The notes below the pieces were generated by a model. The model saw only the letters and a list, made by a program, of their open reading frames with translations, had not been told where the DNA came from and did no database searches. From a bacterium (GTDB lineage: Bacteria; Acidobacteriota; Blastocatellia; Pyrinomonadales; Pyrinomonadaceae), in contig JBDTYQ010000001.1 in assembly GCA_040005515.1 (NCBI GenBank), positions 14,793 to 78,792 of the forward strand: a stretch of 64,000 nucleotides of DNA, read 5' to 3'. Positions within the stretch are counted from its first letter, which is position 1; each line of letters starts with the position of its first letter. Below are positions 40,701 to 48,679 of this stretch, piece by piece. The position numbers were made by a program, and so were the translations under genes.

Positions 40701-42844
40701 GACGTTACCTGTTGAACTCTCTGGAGCCGCTTGTGATCGCCGATTCCATGAACTACGCGGACGGTTCCAACGAACTCAGTGCTCACATTCGGTCGAATGC
40801 AGCCAAGTTGAATCTTCGTTCTCAGATTGACTACCCGCTGATCGTTAAAGGGGTGTTCCGCGGAGTGCTCTGCATCCATCAGGCTGACAGTTTGCGCCAT
40901 TGGACCGAGGACGAAGTGGCGTTGGTAGATGCTGTTGCCGCCCGTCTCACGATCGGCATCGCTCAAGCCGAACTGTTTGAGATGGTGGCTCGAGGCAAAC
41001 AGGAATGGGAAGCAACATTTGACGCGATGTCTGACGGCATCTTCATTTTCGATAAAGCCGGCCGACTGATGCGGGTGAACCGCGCAGGTGCGGCAATGGA
41101 AAGCGCCCATCCGCGTTCACTGCTGGGTCGCAAGTGCTGCGATATCCTGCGCACCGGTTCTGAAGGCGACGGTTGTGTCGTCGAGAAAGCGATTGCGAGC
41201 TGGCAGAGCGTGACTATTGAGATTACCCCAACAGCGCTCGCGCGACCCCTGCTTGTCTCCGTCGAGCCCGTTGCAGACAAGAGCAATGAGACGATGGCTG
41301 TCGTCTGTACGGCACGTGACCTTTCCGAACTGCGTAAGGTGCAGGCGGTCGCGCGTGAGCATCAAGCACTACTGACAAACATTCTCGAGAGCGCGCGGGA
41401 ATCAATCTATGCGGTCGATAACGACGGGCGGTTCAAATGGTGCAACACCGCCACGCTGATCGGGCTCGGATACAAACGTGAAGAGTTCATCGGCCGCCAC
41501 CTTCTCGATATGGTCTACGAGGGCGACCGTGACCTCGTTGCACAAAAGCTGGAAGTGGCATTGCAGGGCGAGGCGCAAACCTACGAGATGCGCTACCTGT
41601 CGCCGGCAGCTCAACTGCGTTATGCGCGCGTGGATAATTCGCCCCTGAATGTCGACGGCAAAGTGACTGGCGTGCTTGGAATCGCGCGAGACATCACCGA
41701 ACAAAAAGAGGAGCGGGAACGCGCGGCTCGGGCGGATAAACTTCGCGCGCTGGGCCAACTCGCATCCGGTGTGGCGCATGACTTCAATAACTCTCTCGCT
41801 GCGATTCTCGGTCGCGCGCAACTGCTCCGCCGTCAGCTAAAAGACGAGGCACTTGTGCGCAACCTCGAGATCATTCAAACAGCAGCGGAAGACGCTGCGG
41901 CGACGGTGCGGCGCATTCAAACTTTTGCTCGCAAGGCGCCGGCAAGAGAATTTGAGACGCTCGAGGTAAGCAGTCTGCTGAACGACGCGATTGAAATAAC
42001 CCGGACTCGCTGGCACAACGAAGCCCGCCTGCGAGGCCTTGAATACAAAGTGACTCTGGATGCTCAGCCGGCCGAGAACACCTACGGAAGTGCGTCTGAA
42101 TTGCGCGAGGTTTTCGTTAACTTGATCGTTAACGCGGTGGACGCAATGCCTGAAGGAGGGAAGCTGGAAATCAGCTGTGTGCATGAGGACGAATGGCTGC
42201 GCCTGCGCTTCGCCGATACTGGAGTCGGTATAACTGAAGACGTTCGTCAGAAGATATTTGAGCCCTTCTTCAGCACCAAGGGCGTTCATGGAACGGGTCT
42301 TGGCTTGTCAGTGAGCTACAGCATCATCGAGCGGCATGAGGGCACAATCAGCGTCGTGTCTGAGCCTGGCGAAGGCACGGTCTTCACGATTGAGCTGCCG
42401 GCTTATGAAACCCTGCTCGCTGAAGAAGCGGAGCCAATAGAGATCACAGAGTTGTCCGGACTTTCGGTGCTCGTGATCGACGACGAGCCATCTGTGCGAG
42501 AAACCCTTGCCGACATGCTATTGGCCCTGAATCACGACGTCGAATTGGCGGACAGCGGCCAGCAGGCGATTCAGAAACTTTCCGAACGCAGCTTTGATCT
42601 GGTGTTCTCGGATTTGGCGATGCCTGAGATGGATGGCTGGGAAACCGCACGCGAGATTAGGAAGCGCTGGCCCGAGATGAATATCGTGCTCGTCACAGGC
42701 TATGGGCCAGGAACGGTGCCTCCGGCAGGAGAGGCCGATCTGGTCAATGGCATCATCGGAAAGCCTTTCGACTTTTCCCGGGTAAGTGAGGCCATCGTCG
42801 CGGTCTTTCGTGAGAAACCGCTCCTCGAAAACGTCGGAGCCTGA
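37706..42844 (+). CDS. Giant hybrid sensor histidine kinase (REC - multiple PAS - 2x GAF-like - PAS - HisKA/HATPase - REC)
   Basis: 1712 aa. N-terminal receiver (VLIVDDDE ... VVSDVVMP), repeated PAS/PAC modules each followed by DVTE/DITE(R/Q)K linkers, and two GAF-like segments. H-box LASGVAHDFNNSL, N-box NLIVNAVDAMPEGG, G-boxes DTGVGI and GTGLGLS. C-terminal receiver (VLVIDDEP ... VFSDLAMPEMDG). Confidence 0.9.
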   Translation: MTKHSAEPRRVLIVDDDEKVLALLVELLELEGYEVFSATNGATAAELALTRDPDVVVSDVVMPVLDGIQLCRKLKKDLRTANIPVLLVSGTRCSSDDGMEGLTAGADDYLDLPFRNEELLVKVARLTERHRIEKHYREIVEQAADIIYTRTMSGHITSINAAGARFFGKPAVELVGSHLSELIGAEAAKRDIKETHDLRSDKPRRSLHCLKDALGVAHYLEDAVSVERNHRGQATAVRGVARDVTEQKLAEQALKDSEERYRQLVELSPEAIAVHIDGKIRYLNQAAQNLWAAATRDELIGKAMLDLVHPDYQEAVNERIRHIENGTPTPLHSCKHIRLDGEVIDVEVTYIPFTSQGQRAVQVVIRDVTERKRSREVLRETETRLRTIIDNAPVVLFAIDRDGIFTLLEGEGLKALGLKPGALVGQSVYKVYQDNPKILESVKRSLLGESFSVAVSVGDLAYETRYTPLTNDKGEITGVTCVATDVTESLKSQKASRGNEARYRELFENANDIIYTHDLTGNFTSLNRSGERIVGYSWEEAAQMNIADVIAPEYLKMALEMMNRKAIGNAPTVYELELITKSGRRVRLEVSSRVIYAEGEPVGVQGVARDLTEHKRSQEALRESQTFFHSFMDNSPAIAFMKDADGRYVYVNKPFEGLFGPKLDFLRGKTSFDWLPPATALQTHEHDLSVLVTGNSQEIVEMVPTQDGSPHHWLVMKFPIIDPSGKKFVGGVGVDITERRRAEEALGQQAIREAIIHRISQVVRCSFDSNEIFQSAVRELGSHLEVDRCSLFMKDERSKHATNVAEYHVAGIEPAGADYDLEHVRGLAEALDQNGLLVSNDAANDPRIAMLYDDILKKADVRSIMYVAIRVGDTVPAAFALSTTRVMRQWSESDIALAKAVADQTGIAIRQSQLYRKAEATSVRESLVNRLTMAIRASLSLPEVLSTATRELGQALSASRVHLHLYNSENPISPVEHEFVAPGCSSVSLLDVSYDDPLGRYLLNSLEPLVIADSMNYADGSNELSAHIRSNAAKLNLRSQIDYPLIVKGVFRGVLCIHQADSLRHWTEDEVALVDAVAARLTIGIAQAELFEMVARGKQEWEATFDAMSDGIFIFDKAGRLMRVNRAGAAMESAHPRSLLGRKCCDILRTGSEGDGCVVEKAIASWQSVTIEITPTALARPLLVSVEPVADKSNETMAVVCTARDLSELRKVQAVAREHQALLTNILESARESIYAVDNDGRFKWCNTATLIGLGYKREEFIGRHLLDMVYEGDRDLVAQKLEVALQGEAQTYEMRYLSPAAQLRYARVDNSPLNVDGKVTGVLGIARDITEQKEERERAARADKLRALGQLASGVAHDFNNSLAAILGRAQLLRRQLKDEALVRNLEIIQTAAEDAAATVRRIQTFARKAPAREFETLEVSSLLNDAIEITRTRWHNEARLRGLEYKVTLDAQPAENTYGSASELREVFVNLIVNAVDAMPEGGKLEISCVHEDEWLRLRFADTGVGITEDVRQKIFEPFFSTKGVHGTGLGLSVSYSIIERHEGTISVVSEPGEGTVFTIELPAYETLLAEEAEPIEITELSGLSVLVIDDEPSVRETLADMLLALNHDVELADSGQQAIQKLSERSFDLVFSDLAMPEMDGWETAREIRKRWPEMNIVLVTGYGPGTVPPAGEADLVNGIIGKPFDFSRVSEAIVAVFREKPLLENVGA

Positions 42845-43015
42845 AACTTCCGCACTAACTCTCCCCGGTGGTAAGTGACTTCGTAAGGGTAGGGCACAAC
42901 GGCCAGCAGTCGAGATTCTCTGAACGCCGGATGCCGAATTCGCATTTGAGTGCTTTGCGGTCCTAGCTTCTGGCGGTTGCAATATATAAATCTACCAACA
43001 CAAATACCTGCAGCT

Positions 43016-44149
43016 TTAGTTGTAGTTCATGATCCCGGCGCTGGCGGTAAAGCCCACTCCGAAACCCACCACTACTGCCGGTCCTCTCCACTCATTCTTC
43101 TCGGCTAACATAAAGCCGGTCGACGCGCTCGAAAGGTTGCCGTAGTTCTTTAGTACTTCATAGGAACTGTGGACCTTTGCCGAGTCTGTGTCGAGATCCA
43201 ATTGCGAGCACACACCATCAAGAATCTTCTTGCTGCCGGTATGGATCAGGCAGTTGTCTACCTGGCCAAGGTTTGTCACCGGCGAGTCTGGATGTTCCAA
43301 AACACTCCTTACAGTGCTGACCGCGTAATGAGCGCCGCGACTGGGGACGCTTGCTTTCATAAAGTATTGCGGGCGTCCTTCCAGGAGCTGGTGAGAGCTG
43401 TTACTGGTCATAGTGAGAAGATTAACGTCTTCCGTCTCCTCGTTGGTTAAATGTGAGATTGGACCAAAGGATGGCTTACCTTCTTCGCGGCCTACCAGCA
43501 GGGCCACAGCCCCATCGCCAAAGAGCATAGACTGAATGACGAAGGTCGTATCCAACCTCTGTTGTTCGAACTGAGCTTCATTGATTTTCTGATCCTTTCT
43601 GAGTCGTAGGAGTTCGCGAAAACCGTAATATTCGTTACGCAGCAGCGGGGCAACGTAAGGAGTGTGAGCTTCAGCCATGAGCACCATTGCCATTTGGCCC
43701 GGGTTCGCGGCGAGATACCATTGAGCCACCTCAATGGATTTGAGAAGCACCGAACAGCCTTGCGCTTGCATGCTGACAGTGCGGAGTGAGCGCGACAGGA
43801 GACCGTGAGTTTGTCCCATTACTTCTGAAGCAAGACAGGGAAGCATTTGATCGGGTGTGTTGGTGGCAGCAATCAACAAACCAATTTTTCCAGGATCTCC
43901 CTGCCATTGCTCGATACAGCGCTTGGTAGCAGCGACGCCTAGTTGGGTCGTCGAGCTGGTTGCTGTCATGGGTTTGCCGGCGAGGAAGTCGGGGTAATTC
44001 TCGAGCGTGGAATAGCGTTGGTCGACACCAAGGCTGTTGATGGAGTTGATTAGTTCGGGAGAAATCTTGTGCATGAGGGCAGCCACGAGGTCAGTGGTCT
44101 TAAAAGAGTGTTGAGGTGTTGAGGTTGCAGCTGAGAGCAAGTTCATCAT
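43016..44149 (-). CDS. Type III polyketide synthase / KAS III-like condensing enzyme
   Basis: Thiolase-fold condensing enzyme with Cys-His-Asn contexts QGCSVLLK, IHTGSKKILD and NYGNLSSAST. The His and Asn contexts look more like chalcone-synthase-type (H.GG..ILD, GNMSSA) than FabH. SD GGGAGA. Confidence 0.7.
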   Translation of the reverse strand: MMNLLSAATSTPQHSFKTTDLVAALMHKISPELINSINSLGVDQRYSTLENYPDFLAGKPMTATSSTTQLGVAATKRCIEQWQGDPGKIGLLIAATNTPDQMLPCLASEVMGQTHGLLSRSLRTVSMQAQGCSVLLKSIEVAQWYLAANPGQMAMVLMAEAHTPYVAPLLRNEYYGFRELLRLRKDQKINEAQFEQQRLDTTFVIQSMLFGDGAVALLVGREEGKPSFGPISHLTNEETEDVNLLTMTSNSSHQLLEGRPQYFMKASVPSRGAHYAVSTVRSVLEHPDSPVTNLGQVDNCLIHTGSKKILDGVCSQLDLDTDSAKVHSSYEVLKNYGNLSSASTGFMLAEKNEWRGPAVVVGFGVGFTASAGIMNYN

Positions 44150-44171
44150 CGTCGTATCTCCCTGGGGGCTT

Positions 44172-44203
44172 CCTAATTGTTCTTCTCTTCTGCCTAATTG
44201 TTC
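44172..44203. promoter_or_regulatory. Direct repeat CCTAATTGTTC x2, 21 nt apart, in the 5' region of the type III PKS gene
   Basis: Exact 11-nt copies at 44172-44182 and 44193-44203, 23-54 nt upstream of the PKS start on the minus strand. The spacing of two helical turns suggests a protein operator. Confidence 0.4.
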
Positions 44204-44427
44204 GCTGTTTCTAGTTCAATGCCCATGCCAGAGCTGCAAGCTTTCACGGCAGGGAGGTAAGTCGCTTGACTTTAATAGGTTAGGACAGCGAGTTCACTGA
44301 TACGCCCGAGGCATAAGTGGATACCAGCTATCCAGAGAAAATAGTCTTTGCTGTGACTAGTGAGTTTTGCTGGAGAGTAAGGCGTGGGCTGGGTGGTAAG
44401 CAGGTATACAGCTGTGTAGCAGGTATT

Positions 44428-44451
44428 CGGTTTTCCGGTTTTCCGGTTTTC
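44428..44451. repeat. Tandem octanucleotide repeat CGGTTTTC x3
   Basis: Three perfect adjacent copies in the intergenic region between the small Cys-rich ORF and the PKS gene. Confidence 0.8.
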
Positions 44452-44473
44452 GGTCCTTACCGGTGGAGCCCTC

Positions 44474-44692
44474 TCAATCGTTAGGAGGGCCGCTCTCGCT
44501 CCACTCGACGATGCTTTTGACGTAACTGGCGGCCTTACCGCAATGAGGGCAAGCGGAAATAAAGACATGGGAGGCTAATAAGAAAACCCCGTGGGCGGGA
44601 TCGCCCGGAAGAACTATAAGCTGACAGCAATATCCGCACCGAACAGCGAGCGTGTCCGCTCTATTTTCCTGATTGTCGAGTTCCGCTGACAT
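44474..44692 (-). CDS. Possible small zinc-ribbon protein
   Basis: 72-aa ORF with two Cys pairs (CGYCC and CPHC) about 29 residues apart. No convincing SD, so coding status is uncertain. Confidence 0.35.
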   Translation of the reverse strand: MSAELDNQENRADTLAVRCGYCCQLIVLPGDPAHGVFLLASHVFISACPHCGKAASYVKSIVEWSESGPPND

Positions 44693-44797
44693 GAGTAATG
44701 CATCTTAACCAGGGTCTGATTTTGTCTTCTGTGCGTCATCGCACACAACGGTGTTTTTTTGGTGCGCACGTTTCGCTGCCTTTGATTCCACCGCTGT

Positions 44798-45871
44798 TTA
44801 ATGAAGCGCAAAACGTCCGACCGAACTCTCGCCAATACTGCCAAAATAGAGATACGACCCGTGCTCGACGGCATTCGCTATCTCGGCATAACAGTCGTTT
44901 GAACCGTTTTGAAGGTTCTCAACGACGCGACCATTCAGATCGATTGCCAGCACAAATGAGTATCGTTTCGGCGCGGGCTGCAGTGCGTTTGGCAGGCGCA
45001 TCACTACCTTACGCAGAAAGGGATAAGGCAGAATCCTGTCGAGGGTCGCGTCGCGTGGCGTCACGAGAGCAAGCCAAAACTTGTCGCGGCCGTTGGATGA
45101 AATGCCGTCGGGAAATCCCGGCAGGTTTGCGATGAAGACTTCTGCTTGTCCCTGCTTCGGTCCGTTGAGCCAGACGCGATTAACTCGATACTCCGCAGTA
45201 TCCACTACCAACAGAAACGACTGGTCGGGACTAATGGCCACCCCGTTCGCGAAATGAAGTTCCTTCAAGACAACACGTGTAGCTCCGGTGCGCGGATCAT
45301 ACGCGAGGAGGCGACCGCTTGCTTGATGTTCAAGCAAGTCAGCTTTAAATGCAGAGAGTGGAAACCTGGTCGAGGCATCAGTGAAATAGATCGTTCCATC
45401 TGCAGCGACGTCAAGATCGTTCGTGCAACGGAAGGCCACTCCGTCGGCCGCGGTGCTCAGCACACGAATCGCTCGATTCGTGCCAATTGAAAGCAATCCC
45501 TTATTGGCATCAGCGACGATGAGATTACCAGTGCGGTCGAAGATGAGACCGAGCGGACGGCCGCGAGTAGCTGCGAAAACCTCCGGTCTTGTTCCGTCAG
45601 CTTGCAGTCGCATGATGCGTCCGTCATCGATGCCGGCGTAGATGCGGTTCTCGCTGTCAACGGCAACGTCTTCGGGTGCGAACCCGGTTCCCAGAGGCAG
45701 CCGCTCAATAGCAGAGAGACGAGAATTCTGCTGGTAAATACCAGTGAGCGCCGGGGCGGGCTGTGGTGTCCAGGCAATTGGTGAGATGGGAACAGGAGCG
45801 ATCATTAGATAGACGATCACCGCCGCGACCAGCAGCGCGACAAACAGTGATAACCACTTGAGCCGGGTCAT
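44798..45871 (-). CDS. Membrane-anchored strictosidine-synthase-like / SMP-30-gluconolactonase-type beta-propeller protein
   Basis: N-terminal TM anchor (LSLFVALLVAAVIVYLMI). Propeller-type repeats with the family-like motifs IYFTDAS, ANGVAISPD and GFPDGI. Confidence 0.72.
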   Translation of the reverse strand: MTRLKWLSLFVALLVAAVIVYLMIAPVPISPIAWTPQPAPALTGIYQQNSRLSAIERLPLGTGFAPEDVAVDSENRIYAGIDDGRIMRLQADGTRPEVFAATRGRPLGLIFDRTGNLIVADANKGLLSIGTNRAIRVLSTAADGVAFRCTNDLDVAADGTIYFTDASTRFPLSAFKADLLEHQASGRLLAYDPRTGATRVVLKELHFANGVAISPDQSFLLVVDTAEYRVNRVWLNGPKQGQAEVFIANLPGFPDGISSNGRDKFWLALVTPRDATLDRILPYPFLRKVVMRLPNALQPAPKRYSFVLAIDLNGRVVENLQNGSNDCYAEIANAVEHGSYLYFGSIGESSVGRFALH

Positions 45872-45922
45872 AGGTTCAGTCCAATTTGTTAGCGGAATAG
45901 AAAGTGAGGGACTTCAACCGGT

Positions 45923-46762
45923 CTAACGCTCGCCGCGTTCTCCTTCAACCTCCGTTTCCAAATTCACGGTGAGTTGGCGAATGCCCGGCTGATCCATAGG
46001 CTCGACAAGGCGGAGCGCCTCATCAAGGATCCGGCGTTGATGTTCGGGCCAGTTCGGACGGCCGGCAACACACCCGAGGTCGCCGGAGTAACAGGCAGCT
46101 CGTGGCGGGCGCACTGCCTCGACGACATCTTTTTCGACTGCGAGGGTCATCGTGGGAAGACCAGCCTGCTCCAAAGCACGAGCGGCCAACGAAATCGATT
46201 GATGACAAAGACGAGACGCGGGAATCAGCAACGCCGCCTGAACTTCGTAACGCCTCACTCGTTCGAGCAACTGCGGCAGCATCTCATCAACTAAGCGCGC
46301 GGCATTGGGAATAAATCCTGAAAAACTCCAGAACACCGGATTCAGTTGGCCGATGATTCCGTTTGCTTCGAATTCAGCCAGACGTTTTAGCGGTACCTGA
46401 ACGTTAAGGTCCTGCTGCACAGCGGTGGGGTCATACCCACGAGCGGCGAAGAGCATGTCCTCTGCTTCGACTTCAATAGGGATTTCGCGAAATGTAAAAT
46501 CACCCTCAGGATCGCTGATGTCAAAGGGATCGGTGCCATCGATGTAGACGCCCGAGGAAGTGATGAGGGCCAGGTTCAACATCGGAAGCGCGCGACGCGC
46601 GGGGGTAAAGGGCGAGCGTCTGTTGTTCACCAATGGATAGGAATCACTTAAATCACCGTTTGTGGACGCATTACTGCGGTCACGTTGCCACTCAGCGTAG
46701 CGTTTGTGCCAATCATCGAGCTGCTCAATTATCTCCACCTCAAAGTCCTTCCTGATCACCAA
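45923..46762 (-). CDS. Short GrdB-like protein (glycine/sarcosine/betaine reductase selenoprotein B family, non-selenoprotein form)
   Basis: From my recollection of the family pattern: LALITSSG, FREIP, DLNVQVPLKRLAEFEANGIIG, SFSGF, and LLIPASRLCHQS where the Sec/Cys redox motif lies in family members. The ORF is uninterrupted, with no in-frame TGA. Confidence 0.55.
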   Translation of the reverse strand: MVIRKDFEVEIIEQLDDWHKRYAEWQRDRSNASTNGDLSDSYPLVNNRRSPFTPARRALPMLNLALITSSGVYIDGTDPFDISDPEGDFTFREIPIEVEAEDMLFAARGYDPTAVQQDLNVQVPLKRLAEFEANGIIGQLNPVFWSFSGFIPNAARLVDEMLPQLLERVRRYEVQAALLIPASRLCHQSISLAARALEQAGLPTMTLAVEKDVVEAVRPPRAACYSGDLGCVAGRPNWPEHQRRILDEALRLVEPMDQPGIRQLTVNLETEVEGERGER

Positions 46763-46770
46763 TCAATTTT

Positions 46771-47265
46771 TCAACCAGCATTCAGACGCGCACGATACGC
46801 GATCAGCGCAAACGCAACAAGTGCCGCAATCATAGCAACACTGAGAGCGGTAACCGAGTATCCGTGCAGAGTAGTGAAAGCGATTCGCGTGGGATCGTTA
46901 ACGGGTACTTGATCCATCGGCACCGATAGACTCGCTCGCAATCCTCGCATGCGTGCCGCGATTACCCAGTGACCAGCAGCCGTGGCTATGGCTAAGATTG
47001 CCAGCGACGCGAGTTCGAGAGCAAACGCGCGAGAATTCCCCCTGCTGAGAAGGAAAGCCGTAACTATCAAGACGACGCTTACGATGAAGCCGGCGACATT
47101 GACGACGGATAGTGTGCGGTTCACCAGCGAGCCGGCGATCTCTGTAGCGTTCTGCAAACCATAGCTACGCAACACTGCGAATGCGACGGGTGCGACTACT
47201 GCGCTGAAGAACAGCGCGGCGCCGAGCCAGAGGCCGAGCAGCAAGAGTCGTAAGCTAGTCATCAT
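46771..47265 (-). CDS. DUF4149 (TMEM205-like) four-TM membrane protein
   Basis: 164 aa with four hydrophobic helices. The N-terminal LLGLWLGAALFFSAVVAPVAF pattern is typical of DUF4149. Confidence 0.6.
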   Translation of the reverse strand: MMTSLRLLLLGLWLGAALFFSAVVAPVAFAVLRSYGLQNATEIAGSLVNRTLSVVNVAGFIVSVVLIVTAFLLSRGNSRAFALELASLAILAIATAAGHWVIAARMRGLRASLSVPMDQVPVNDPTRIAFTTLHGYSVTALSVAMIAALVAFALIAYRARLNAG

Positions 47266-47271
47266 TACTTT

Positions 47272-47733
47272 CTAATCAAACTCATTTACGGCCGGTAACA
47301 GTCTGATCTTTGGCGGTGTGATCTCCGGTTGCTGCAACTCTCGCGGATCGGGCACGCTGGAAAGCCATGACAGCGCGTTATCGAGTTGCGCCTGGTAGTC
47401 CGCAAGATCCAGAGACATGAAAATCGTTGTGCCGAGTCGTCCAAACTTCTCTTTCGCCATCTGATGCATTCGCCGGGCGGCGCCAGGACGGCCAATCTCG
47501 AGATGATGAAAGGCGACAGCCGACTGAATCATTGCCTGGAGAAACAGTTTTTCCTGTGGGCCGACCTCTCCCATCCAACGTTCTTCCCAGGCATCGTGCG
47601 CGGCATGAAACTCCCCAGCGTTGTACAGATCGATGCCTGCCATATACTCGATGGGATAAGCGGCAATGTGCGCGTCGGTGTAGGCGGGTGCGTCGTCATC
47701 AACTCGCATAATCACAACATCAATCCTGTGCAT
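47272..47733 (-). CDS. DUF309 domain protein
   Basis: G..LYNAGEFHAAHDAWEERW ... FLQAMIQSAVAFHH matches the conserved DUF309 helix-pair motif. Overlaps the upstream gene end by 14 nt, or starts at a downstream Met. Confidence 0.7.
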   Translation of the reverse strand: MHRIDVVIMRVDDDAPAYTDAHIAAYPIEYMAGIDLYNAGEFHAAHDAWEERWMGEVGPQEKLFLQAMIQSAVAFHHLEIGRPGAARRMHQMAKEKFGRLGTTIFMSLDLADYQAQLDNALSWLSSVPDPRELQQPEITPPKIRLLPAVNEFD

Positions 47734-48637
47734 TCAACCGGGCCGCCAACACTTTTGACGACGTGGCCGCTGCGCCCGTCGCTCCGCTGATCGTCGGCGC
47801 AAGCGGATTTGAAACATCACCAATAGCAAAAACATTCAAGACGTTGGTTTCTTGCTGGCTTGTCACCACAATGTAGCCTTTTTCGTCCAACTGCAACTGG
47901 TCGCGAAAGAGATCCGAATTAGGCTCAACTCCAATCCGCACGAGGACGCCTTTCACCGCCATCTGAAAAGGCTTGATGGCTTCGTTGCGCCGGATCTCGA
48001 CGGCCTCTAGTGCCTCGTTTCCGAGAATCCGCGTCACAACGGATTCGGGAAACACCGTGATGCAGTGATTACCCTGCAACTGCTGCACGAATTCCTGACG
48101 CGCGCGCGGTTTCTTGCCGCGATGCACGAGCGTAACTGTCGGACAAACTTCTGCGAGGAGCAAAGCATTCTCGACTGCAGCATCGCCGCCTCCGATGATG
48201 CACACATCTTTTCCGGCAAACAGAGCTCGATCTCGCGCTCCGGATTCGATCATGCCGCGGCCGGCAAATTCCTGCTCGCCGGAAATTCCGAGTTGCCTGC
48301 GCCTGACGCCGGTAGCAATCATGATACTGATGGATTGCAATTCTTCGCCGCTGCGCAACCAGATACGTTTGGCGCTCAGATCCACTCGTTCGATTTCCAC
48401 ATTCGTCCAAAGGTCGTAGTCAGACGTTGTACCATCGTGCGAGAACAGTTCGAGCAACTCGCGCCCGTTGGCGACGCGCAGGCCGGGATAGTTTTCGATC
48501 GCTCCGTGGATTGAGAGAAGTTGGCCACCGGTCGTCTCTTGCTGTTCGAGAACCAGAGTGTCGAGGCCGAGCTGATCACACCAGCGCGCAGTTGCCAGTC
48601 CTGCTGGTCCGGCACCAATGATTATTACGTCATGCAT
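47720..48637 (-). CDS. Thioredoxin-reductase-like FAD/NAD(P)H oxidoreductase lacking the redox-active CxxC
   Basis: FAD motif VIIIGAGPAGLA, NAD(P)H motif CIIGGGDAAVENAL ... HRGKKPRA, and distal FAIGDV. The region equivalent to the TrxB CATC disulfide reads IESGARD, and there is no CxxC anywhere in the protein. Confidence 0.85.
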   Translation of the reverse strand: MHDVIIIGAGPAGLATARWCDQLGLDTLVLEQQETTGGQLLSIHGAIENYPGLRVANGRELLELFSHDGTTSDYDLWTNVEIERVDLSAKRIWLRSGEELQSISIMIATGVRRRQLGISGEQEFAGRGMIESGARDRALFAGKDVCIIGGGDAAVENALLLAEVCPTVTLVHRGKKPRARQEFVQQLQGNHCITVFPESVVTRILGNEALEAVEIRRNEAIKPFQMAVKGVLVRIGVEPNSDLFRDQLQLDEKGYIVVTSQQETNVLNVFAIGDVSNPLAPTISGATGAAATSSKVLAARLNAQD

Positions 48638-48679
48638 CGTTGTTGCTTAAGAAGAATCGACGAATTGATCGTCCGCAGA

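Noticed and set aside
45923-46762. Selenocysteine (TGA) recoding in the GrdB-like gene.
   Set aside because: The ORF runs uninterrupted from ATG to stop with no in-frame TGA, and the putative redox position is encoded by ordinary codons.
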